Assembly (NCBI GenBank): GCA_001179505.1
Contig: CDMY01000583.1
Location: 1 to 47,310, forward strand
DNA from: Vitrella brassicaformis CCMP3155
Taxonomy: Eukaryota; Protista; Chromerida
Direction of reading: 5' to 3'
Length of the DNA stretch: 47,310 bases
Positions 10,169 to 21,300 of the stretch are shown here, piece by piece (the first letter of the stretch is position 1; each line of letters starts with the position of its first letter). The notes under the pieces are model-generated. The model saw only the letters and a list, made by a program, of their open reading frames with translations, was not told the origin of the DNA and did not search any database. The translations under genes and the position numbers were made by a program.

Positions 10169-13100
10169 ATGGACTACGAGGAGAACAACGAGTTCGACCG
10201 CGCCGTCGACGCCTCTGAGCTGTTGCCCGAGGCCTTTGGCCTCGACAACATCGACGACGACAACGACGGCCTCTCTGCCGACGGCGCGTCGGACGATGAG
10301 CTAAATGCCGACGATCCCTTGGCCGAGTTTGAGCGGCAGGCCACCTCCACCGCCCATGACGACTTTCGCGTCCTCGTCGGCCAGGCGGCCGATAGAGGCA
10401 CTCGGCCGCACCATCAGCAGCATCAGCAGCAGCAGCAGCAGCAGCAGACGCGAGACCAGGCTGTGGATGCGCTGCTGAAGGATCCGCCGCGCTTTAGGCA
10501 GTACCTACCGCCTCGCGAGGCTGATAAAAAGGTTGACAGCACGCGGCAGGTGTCTTTCCCGAGGCAGCTTGACCTCAATCAGGCGGGGCTTAACCGCGCC
10601 CTCCAAGGCATCTTTGCGAAGGTACCTAGGTGGGCCGGGCGGGGCGGATGCCTTCCTTGCCCCTGTGTGTGTGTGAGGCGATGTGTGTGTGGTGCTGCCC
10701 AGGGTGTGATATCGGTGTTAGCGAGCCAGGACAGCGAATTCGTTAACGCCAAGGCCACCGTCACCGTGGTCGACGGGCCCGTGTGGCTGCTACACAGGTC
10801 ACCCTCTCCCCCTCCCCCTCACACACCAACACACACACACACACACACATACATAGGGGTCGGTCTGTGTCTGTGTGTTCTGTGTTGGTGGTGTGATCAG
10901 GCGTGTGGTGATATTGGGCATCTCAGAGCGCAACCGAGCCTACCACAACGACCTCGTCACCATAGAGCTCATCGCAGTGGAGCTGCCGCAGAATGCTCTC
11001 GACGCCATGTATAAAAAAGTGAAAGGTGGGCGAGGCTACCGACCGCACAGACCACACGGACCACACAGAGGGGTCCTGGTGCTATGTCTTGTTGTGTTGC
11101 CTTGTGTTGTCTTGTGTTGTCTGTGTGGTGTGTGGGTCGCTCAGCTCGAGGTAATATGAGTATACGAGAGCGAGAGTTCGCTCTATCTTATCACATTCTG
11201 AATGAGAGCATTCTCTACGGCAGAGTGGCGAGGTAGGTACGCCGTGCAGTGGGCCCGGCAGACAGACAGACAGACAGGCAGTATGTGTGTGTGTGTGGTT
11301 TGTGTGTTTGCAGAGCTGAGCCTTTATTCGCCGGACTTCGACACACACAAGTGGTCTGCAGGTACACAACCCTCCCCCACAGCCCCACACACCCCACACA
11401 CACACATCAAGCCCGCTCTCTCCCTCTCTCCCCATCCCCCCCTCTCTCTCCCTCTGTGTGTGTGTGTGCAGGGTGTGTCAGGCCCAGACGGACACGATGT
11501 ACTGGACCTTCATCCCGCTGCTGCGCGAGATGCCGGCCGTCAGTGTGGCCATGGCGACAGACACCAAGGACATGCTCTTCAAGTTCACCCTCGAGCAGCT
11601 CTACGTCGTCCAAATCACTGGTCGGTGCGGTGGCTGGTGCGATCGACGAGGCCTTCGTGGCACCCCTTCGTGTGTGTGTGTGTGTGTGTTTTGCATCAGG
11701 CTGGGCTCACTCTCGGCCGAGGGGCCGAGTGCTCCGCTTTCTTAGAGACCCTTTTAGGTCAGTCAGTCAGCCGGGCAGGCAGGAAGGCGTTGATGACACA
11801 CTCGGGGTGTGTGTGTGTGTTGGCACCCACAGGCACATCTACGACGTGTTAGAGGTGGAGTACCGCCTCTACCTGCCCAGCGACAAGCTGCAAGACATTC
11901 ACAAATACAGAAGGTGAGCTGAGCTACGGACGACACACCCCACACACACCACACCCCACACCANNNNNNNNNNNNNNNNNNNNNNNNNNNNNNNNNNNNN
12001 NNNNNNNNNNNNNNNNNNNNNNNNNNNNNNNNNNNNNNNNNNNNNNNNNNNNNNNNNNNNNNNNNNNNNNNNNNNNNNNNNNNNNNNNNNNNNNNNNNNN
12101 NNNNNNNNNNNNNNNNNNNNNNNNNNNNNNNNNNNNNNNNNNNNNNNNNNNNNNNNNNNNNNNNNNNNNNNNNNNNNNNNNNNNNNNNNNNNNNNNNNNN
12201 NNNNNNNNNNNNNNNNNNNNNNNNNNNNNNNNNNNNNNNNNNNNNNNNNNNNNNNNNNNNNNNGGGGGGGGGGGGGGGGGGGGGGGCAAGGGAGAAGGTG
12301 TGTTTGCTCCACGTGTGTGTGTGTGTGCCTGTGTGGTGATGGGTTTGCAGTGCCGCGTCTCTGCTCGACGCCGGCTTGAGCGACCCGGATCGCACAGACA
12401 TGGGGGCCATGTGCACCTTCACCATTGACCCACCGGGTACACTCACACACACACAAACAGACATCCACACACACATGGATGGATGGATGGGCTGCAGACG
12501 CCGAGGTGCTCGATGACGCCATCTCTATCGACCTCAGCGACGGACAGACAGAGTCAAAGTCAGCAGCACCGACCCCTCCCCCCACCCCCCTCCCCTCCCC
12601 TCTCACCCTCTCTCTCTCCCTCTCTCTGTCTCTCTCTCTCTCTGTGTGTGTGTGTGTATGTGTGTCCATCACTTTACTGCCTCAGGACCGTCTACGTGCA
12701 CATCGCCGATGTCGAGCATTTCCTCCCGCTGGGCAGCTATGCCGACCGCTACGCCATGGAGAGGATGGTGACAGCCTTCCTGAAGGACTACCGTGACAAC
12801 ATCGAGTGCTGCGTGGACCTGCTGCCCAAGGGGGTCTCGGAGGCGGGGTCGCTCACGCCGGGGCTGGACAAGCTGGCCGTCACCTTTGTGTAGGTTCGAT
12901 CACTTCCCACACACACAGAGAGAGAGAGGGGGGGAGAGAGAGAGGGAGAGAGACCACACAGAGGAGAGCCCCACCGCTCCACAGACAGAGACCCACCCTC
13001 TCTCTCTCTCTCTCTCTCTTGTCAGGTTACAAGTGGACATGGCCACAGGCGCCTTCAGCTGCTCCACCTTCCTCCGCTCCAAGATCCGCTCACAAGCCCG

Positions 13101-13968
13101 GCTCTCCTACCGCTGCGCCACAGACATCATCCGCGGCGGCCAGGGCACCACCGACGTGCCCCCAGGCAACACCGGCACCACCATGCGGGCCTCCGTCAAG
13201 GAGGTCTGGAAGATCGCCGAGAAGATGCGCCAGCGGCGGCTGGCTGAGGAGGGGCTGGGGGGGATGTATGCCGATGGGGACTTTGCCGCTGACGAGTTTG
13301 AGGGGCGTGTGCTGGTGAAGGAGTTCATGACGGCCGTCAACCGCTTTGCCGGGCAGTATTTGAGAACCAAATTCGACAAAGAGGCGCCAAGGTGAGTCGC
13401 GAGGAATGCCCCTCTTCTTGTCACTGGATGGACTCTCCCTCTGTCTCCCTGTGTGTGTGTGTGTGTGTGAAGGTACATCCATCCCTGTGTGGACGGCGCG
13501 TGGGTGCGTGCGGCCTCTCGCGTGTGTCACGGTATGGGGGCGATGGACAACGACCCTGACACGGACAGCAAGACCTCCATCGACGTCTCATCGGCCAACG
13601 TACCCTCACACCCCACACACCACAACCACACACACACAGAGGGAGCATGTGTGTGTCTGTGTGTGTGTGTGTGTTAGGCGTGTCGCTCTGTGCTGACAGA
13701 AGTGGTGGCCAACATGAAGGCCAACCTGGAGGGCCGCCTGGCTGCTGACGAGATCGAGAAGGTCGCGGAGAGCTTCTTGGCGCAGCTGCGGGCCAGAGCG
13801 CCGCCGCCCGAATACGCAATGCCGTGGCACGCAATGCCGGAAGGTCAGCTACCCCCCTCCCCATCCATCCATCCATCCATCCATGTGTGTGTGTGTCTGC
13901 AGCGACCGAGAAGGACAACGAGACCCACATCGACGAGAACCGAGAGCTGTTTATCCAGTAAAGACGAC

Positions 13969-14005
<37 letters not shown>

Positions 14006-15700
14006 CACAGTACAGGACACTCTTCTCACCTGCCCTCTGTGTGTGTGTGTGTGTGCAGGGAGATTCCTCACTGGATTGGCCGCGACCAACTCATCCAGAT
14101 CTTCAGCTTCTGGGGCGATGTCGATTTCTGCGACATCAAGACGAACCGCAAGACGGGCAGGTCCATCGGCAAGGCCGTCATCGCCTTCAGGACCATCCAG
14201 CAGGCCAAGACCGCCATGGCCAAGATGCAGGGCCATGGGCCGTTCACCACTGGGCAGCGGCTGAAGATCTCCTTCAGCAACAGGGACAGCCGCCCACAGC
14301 AGCAGAAGGGCAAGCCGAGCAAATCATGTAACCGACCGTCGACACACATGAGGGCTGTTTATGGCTACTCTCCTGGTGTGTGCGTCACGGCCATGCAGCG
14401 CCGAAGCCCTCAAGCGCGCCGTCCCCCTCTCACCACTCGGCGGCAGTGCTGGAGGGCGGGTATCACACCTTCCCGGTGTTTGGGCTGGAGCCCTACTTCC
14501 AAGTCACATCGCCACTGAGACGGTACACCCACACCCACACAGAGGGAGAGGGGAGGGGGGTGGGGTGGTCGGGCGGGCGGGCGGAGTGATTAGACTTGAG
14601 TAGTGCACGGGGCAGTGGTCCCGCACCCGAGCCATCCCGTGGGAAGCAGTGAGGGTGCGCAGGGGTTATGACCGTCAGCCACCGTGTGTGTGTGTGCCTC
14701 TCTCCCTCCCTCCCTCCCTCCCTCCCCCCCTCACTCTCTCTTTCTCCCTCACTCTGATCTGTGTGTGTGTGTGTGTGTGTGGCTTGGGCCAGGTATATCG
14801 ACGTCATCGGCCACCGTCTGTTGCTGCGCGGCGACCGTCGGCAGCGGCAGGGTGGTCAGGGGCGCCAGGCGAGCAGCAGCGTGTCGGAGCTTTTCCTGAA
14901 GCCCAAAGAGGGCGAGGACAGAGAGGAGGCCTCGCAGTGGGTGGCGGAGCTGCCCAAGATTGTGCTGAGATACAACCTCCGCTTCAGAATGGTCCGTGCC
15001 CCCCACAGACACACACACACACACACACAAACCTCTCCCTCTGTGTGCGTCAGGTTCGGCGCGCCGAGCAGCAATTCGAGCTGATGTCCTTGTGCAAGAC
15101 CCTCCGCGGCAGTAATGTCAAAACCACCGCCCTCGTCGGGCCCCTCGGCACCTCCGGCATCACTCTCCTCTTCCCAAAGCGGCTGCACCTCAGGGGCTGC
15201 CCCTACCACCCAATGCCCATCAGGTGCGATTGATGCGCACCTACAAGGGCGACGGCAGCCATGAGTGTGGTGGGTGTGTGTGGGTGTGTGTGCAGGCAGC
15301 TGAAGCTGCCGCTGACTGTGTGGCGCAGCGACAAGATGCAGTGCATCTACCACAAGGGCCGCGAGCAGCAGAGACGATTCGAGGGCGACTTTGTCAGAAT
15401 ACGGTCAGCACACTGACACACACACACACACACGCACACACAAGAGAGAGATTGGGTGCAATCGCAAGCCGTGTGTGGTTGGTTTGTTCGTTCAGGTCTC
15501 TGGAGGACCGCAGTCACGTGGACACCTGGTTCGAGGACTGCTACCTCAAGCCCTTTGAGTCGACCCTCACTGTCGAATTTGGCCTTAACAAATGTGGTGT
15601 GTGCCCCCCAGACACCACCACACAGAGAGAGAGGGGGAGGGAGGGAGGGAAGACACCCGCTCACCGACATAGTTGCTGCACCGATTGGACCTTCTCCCCG

Positions 15701-15736
<36 letters not shown>

Positions 15737-18280
15737 TGTGTCTTACATCTCAGTGCCGGTGCCATGGTGCCGTGTTGCTCTAGTGTCGGTGCACATCGCC
15801 ACCGCCCCCCGGCCTCTGCCGTGCTTCCATCGGCAGTACCCTGACGCTTTCAGCTCCTACCTCGACCTCAGGGATGCTTACCGGGTGAGTAGTTGTTGGT
15901 TTCTTGGTCTGGGTTTGTGGGTCTCTCTGTGTGTGAGGCGTTGTCCGCCGTGTCTGTGTGTGTCGTGTGTGCAGGTGTTCAAGTCGATGGATGCTTACGC
16001 ATCCTTCTGGCACAGAATCCGGCAGGTGGGTGTCACTAATCGACGTCGCGCTCAGCTCATTTCTCTCTCTGTGTGTGTGTGTGTGTGTGTGGGCCGTCAG
16101 GCGCAAGTTCACGCCTCGGCCATAATGGACGACTTTGTGAGCGAGCTGCTGCCCACCGCCAATGTGCGCATCATGCGCAAGCAGGACAGACCCGCCAGAC
16201 ACGAACGCTTCAAACCCTACCACGAGGTGCGCACCACACGCACACACACACATGTAGGGAGCCACTGGGCGAGTTGTGTTGTGGTTTCTTCTCCCGTCCG
16301 TCAGGTCCAGTGTGTGCTGTCGACGGAGAGCTTCGGCACCAACGTGTCGCGGAAGGTGCAGGAGAACGACCTGGTCATCCTCTCCATCCAGTTCGACGAG
16401 ACCCGCTCCTGGCAGGGCTTCGGCCACGTCACACACAAGCACTGGCGTCGAGCCCGGGGTGGCAAGCCTGCTGCGGCTGCGGTGGGGGGTGGGGAGGAGG
16501 AGATGGAGATGACCATCAAGCTCTCGCCGGCATGTCACTCCTACTGGTCGGTGGGCGACAGGACACATGTGCACACACACAGAGGGAACCGCACTTTTGT
16601 GCGTGTGTGTGGTTGTGTGTGGGCAGGGAGGAAGCCCCTGGTTTGGTGAAGCTGCCCGACGAGGTGCACCGCTTCAAGGACCACATGTTTCTCCAGTTCA
16701 TCGCCGTCATCAAACACGACATCAACATACTCAGGTCGCCCACCACACACCTCTCTCCCTCTCTCCCCCCCCACACACGCCTCGCTCCTGCTGTCGTCAG
16801 GTCCATCGAGAAGCTCTCGAACCGCTCACCAAACCAGCCCCTCGGCGGCGGCAGCCACAACAACAACCATTACAACAGCCACCACAAGAACCACCCCCGC
16901 GGCAGCAATGGCGGCAACAACGCCCCTCCCAGCAGCAGCAGCGGCCCCCGCTTCGCCGACTCTCGGCAGTCCGTCATGCGCACCCACCTCGTTCGAGCTA
17001 TGGTGCTGAGCGATGCCAAGGTGATGCGGGACCTGAAGGACCACGCCAGAACCAGGATCGACGCGCCGCTCAAGAGGTGTTTGCCGGAGTTTCTGGAGGC
17101 TCCGAGGGAGTGGTACAACGCGCCGGGGCTGCCGAGGCTCAACGACTTCCAGTGCAAGGCCGTCAGACAGGCCATGACGCACCCCATCAGCTGCATCCAG
17201 GGGCCGCCGGGCACCGGCAAGTCCATCACCACGGTGAGAGAGCGAGACCTCCTCTCAACACACAAACCACACAGACATGATGTCTGTCTGGCTGCAGATC
17301 CACATCGTCCACAACCTCCTGCGCCTGTCGTCTGCCATCGGCGAGGCGGCCATGCGCAAGGGCAGCGCGGCCGCGTCGGTCGAGCAGCAGAGGATCCTCC
17401 TGTGCGCGCCGAGCAACAAGGCCGCCGACAACCTCCTCGCTCTGCTCGTCAGATACGAGAAGGCCAGAGGCGTGCCGCTCAAAGTCGTCCGAGTCTATGC
17501 CAAGTCAGCGACCACACACACACACACACACACACGGGGGGAGAGAGAGAGAGAGAGAGAGAGGGGCGGAGGAAGGGAACACACATGTGACCATCCATCC
17601 ATCCATCCATGTGTGTGTGTGTGTGTGTGTGTCTGTGCGCGACACTGCGTGCGACACACAGGTCGATCGAGGCCAAGTACTACCCCACCTGGCGCACCAT
17701 GCAGAACTACGGCAGCAGCATCATCCGGGAGGACTTCGAGATGGACCCCCGCCTCAAGGAGTACGCCCTCCATGAGGCCGTCAGGAAACACAGGCCGGAG
17801 CTGGTGCGGCAGTGCGAGGACCTCAAGGCCAAGTACGAGGAGATTCGGAACGGGTCAGCGGCGAGAGGGGGGGGACGACAGACAGACAGACAGACAGACA
17901 GAGAGACAGAGAGAGAGAGAGAGAGAGCGCCTGTGTGTGTGTGTGTGTGTGTGTGCAGGAAGGTGTTCTTTCAAAAGCATGGAGATGCCATTCGGCAGTA
18001 TGAGACCGGCCTCGCCAAACTCGAGGCCGACCACATAACGGTCAGTCAGTCCATCCATCCAGGTCTTTCTCCTCCGTCTGACCTCTCTCTCTCTCTCTCT
18101 CTACCAGGGCTGTCAGATTGTGGTTGGCACGTGCGACACGTGCTTCTTGCACTCCTCCATGGCTTTTGAAGAGTTCTCTACTGTCATTATTGATGAAGCC
18201 GCACAGGTCAGTCGCTCTGTCTGTCTGTCTGCCTAGCGGCCCACCGCACACACAAAGGTGTGTGTGTTTGCCTGCACTCG

Positions 18281-18317
<37 letters not shown>

Positions 18318-21300
18318 TAGGGCACTGAGGTGGACTGTGTGCTGGCCTGCTGCAAAGCCACGGACCGCGTCATACTCGTCGGTGAGGGAAAATGCCTCCA
18401 ACATCCTCACTCCCCACCCACACACCCACACACGCAGACACAGACAGAGATTGCTGAGGCGTTGCTGTCTGTCTGTCCTTCAGGCGACCACAAGCAGCTC
18501 GGCCCCGTGGTCATTGAGAAGAACATGTATCCCCCCGTCTACAAAGTCCTCGAGAAATCCCTTTTCGAGCGGCTCTTTGTCTCAGAGAAGCAGCGGGAGG
18601 AGATGCGAAGACAGAACCAGACCCAGCAGCAGCAGCAGCAGCAGTCGCCCCAGGCCCAGGAGGGAGACAACAAAGCCGCCACTGGCAGCCGCCCGCACCG
18701 AGGGCAGAAGGCGATCCCGCACATCACCTTGCGCAAGCAGTACAGAATGCACCCGAGGATCCGCGAGTTCATCTCGACGGAGTTCTACGAGGGGCAGCTC
18801 AAGGACAGCGAGGAGACCCGAGATCTCGAGTATCGGCTGTGGACACAGCCCGACATGGCGGTGTTCCCCTGGCCCGCCGGCAGACACAAGCCCATGATGC
18901 TCTGCGACAACACCACCCCACACCAGCCCAGACAGGTCGGTGGGTCGGTGGGCATCCACCCTCCCTGGTGGCACTCCCTCTCCCTCTCCCCCTCTGTGTG
19001 TGTGTGTGTTTAGGCCAACAAGATCGAGGACGTCATAGGTCAGCAGGAGTCGTCGATGGGCCGGCAGTCGCAGGTGTCGCCCTACTCCCTCACGAATCCT
19101 GGCGAGGTGCGCCTCGTGGCCGCCTGCTACCAGTACCTCATCGGCATGGGCGTCAGCGCCAAGGACGTCGGCATCATCACGCCCTACAAGGCGCAGGTCG
19201 GTCGGCCTCTCTAAATGGGAGGGAGGGAGGGAGGGAATACGTTTCTCTCTTTCTCTCGTCATCAATCAGGCTGAGATGTTGCGCGAGGCGATAATGGAGG
19301 TCGTGGGTCTGAAGGCCCCCTCCGAGAACTCTGTCCTCGACACACCCCTCCGCAACCTCAGCAACGGCCGCATGAGAGCCGGGGGGAGAGGGAGGGGCGG
19401 GAGGGGCAGGGGGGTCTTTAACGGCCGTGGTGTGGCTGACCTGGTGGACGGCGCTGCTGGTGCGGGTGTGCCCTCGGTGTCCATGTTGGGGTGCGCCAGT
19501 GGGGAGGGCGACCCCGACGACGTGTTGCCCATCATCGGGACGGTGCACGCCCTGCAGGTGGTCCCCGGGACTCTGTCACACTGACACCGACAGACGCACC
19601 TGTCCATCCATCCGTCCCTTGTGTGTTCGGTGTGGGGGGGGGGGGGGGNNNNNNNNNNNNNNNNNNNNNNNNNNNNNNNNNNNNNNNNNNNNNNNNNNNN
19701 NNNNNNNNNNNNNNNNNNNNNNNNNNNNNNNNNNNNNNNNNNNNNNNNNNNNNNNNNNNNNNNNNNNNNNNNNNNNNNNNNNNNNNNNNNNNNNNNNNNN
19801 NNNNNNNNNNNNNNNNNNNNNNNNNNNNNNNNNNNNNNNNNNNNNNNNNNNNNNNNNNNNNNNNNNNNNNNNNNNNNNNNNNNNNNNNNNNNNNNNNNNN
19901 NNNNNNNNNNNNNNNNNNNNNNNNNNNNNNNNNNNNNNNNNNNNNNNNCGCAGGGGATGGAGCGTGACTATATCATCATCTCCTTTGTCAGAAGCGTCAC
20001 CGAGGAGGAAGTGGCCACTGGTACTCACACACACACACACACGCACACAACACAAACACAGAAGCGCCCCTCCCCTGTGTATGTGCTCTTGTGGGCGGTG
20101 TGGTGTTGCAGGTCGTTCTGTGGGCCTCCCCCGGGAGCTGGAGTCGCAGTCTGAGGGCCTGCCGATGCAGCACGAGCAGCTCTTCAAGCACATTATGCGG
20201 CGGATGCTCAGAAGCTCTCTCGGCTTCCTCAATAACAAAAGGATCCTCAACGTGAGGGCGAACGACCCGCCGCCCACAGACTCCCACACACACACATGGA
20301 TGGATGTGTGTGTGTGGGGTGGGGGGCGTTAGGTGGCTTTGTCCCGAGCCAAGAGGGGGCTCCTGGTGTTTGGCAACTTGGAGGTCCTCTCGTCAGGTGG
20401 GTGTGGGTGGGACATCAGACAACAGACACACGCGCACAGACACGCAGTGCTCTCCGCTCTGTGTTGTGTGTGTGTGTGGGTGCATTGATTGGTTCAGAGC
20501 TGATCTACGAGCGGCTGATCCACCACTACCGCAGCCTCAAGTGCCAGATCTCCACAGAGCAGTTCAAACAGCTCATGTGAGAAGAAGCCATACCCACACC
20601 CACACACCCTCCCTCTGTCTGGTGTGTCTGGTGTGTCTGTCAGGGAGGGCACCATCAACCCCCACGCCACCCCCCCTCCCCCGTCAGGTCTCCCCGCCGC
20701 TGACGACATCGGCATGGACGTCACAGAGGAGGACCGCATCAGGCAGCTGGACATCCTCCGCTCCATCAGAGCTGGTGGTGGCCGCGAAGACGCCAGCCCC
20801 ACACACAGCTCTCCTGCCGCCGCTGCAGCTGGGGCCCCCGCTGCGGCGGCGGCGGCTGCTAGTGGCGGCGGAGGGGTGGCGGACGTCGATGCGCTCAGCT
20901 TATGGGATGACGACGCCTCGCCGAGGGTGAGAAGACACTCGAGGGCGCGGTCATGGTCGGCCATTGTCACGGCGCTTCTCTCGTCTGTCTGTCTCATGAT
21001 TACAGGCGAACGACGATCTGCTGAGCGGTTCTGAGTATGAGGGCTCCGACGATGAGGACTCCTTCGACCAGTATGAGCAGCGGGAGGTCTTCAAGCAGCA
21101 GTACTTCTTCGGAGGAGGCAAGAAGCACCAGCAGCAGCAGCAGCAGCCCAGCGTGTTCACCAAGTTCGCCAAGGAGCTACACAACGGCACTACAGCAGCA
21201 GACAACGAGCCGGACTCGCCCCCAGTGGCACCACGAGCTCCACCACCAGCAGCAGCAGCTGCTGCTGCATCGCCTCAGACGCCCAATGTGCCTGTGTCGA

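Noticed and set aside
12264-12286. Poly-G tracts next to gaps as functional G-quadruplexes
   Set aside because: Their position at gap edges points to a sequencing dropout effect, and their true length is unknown.
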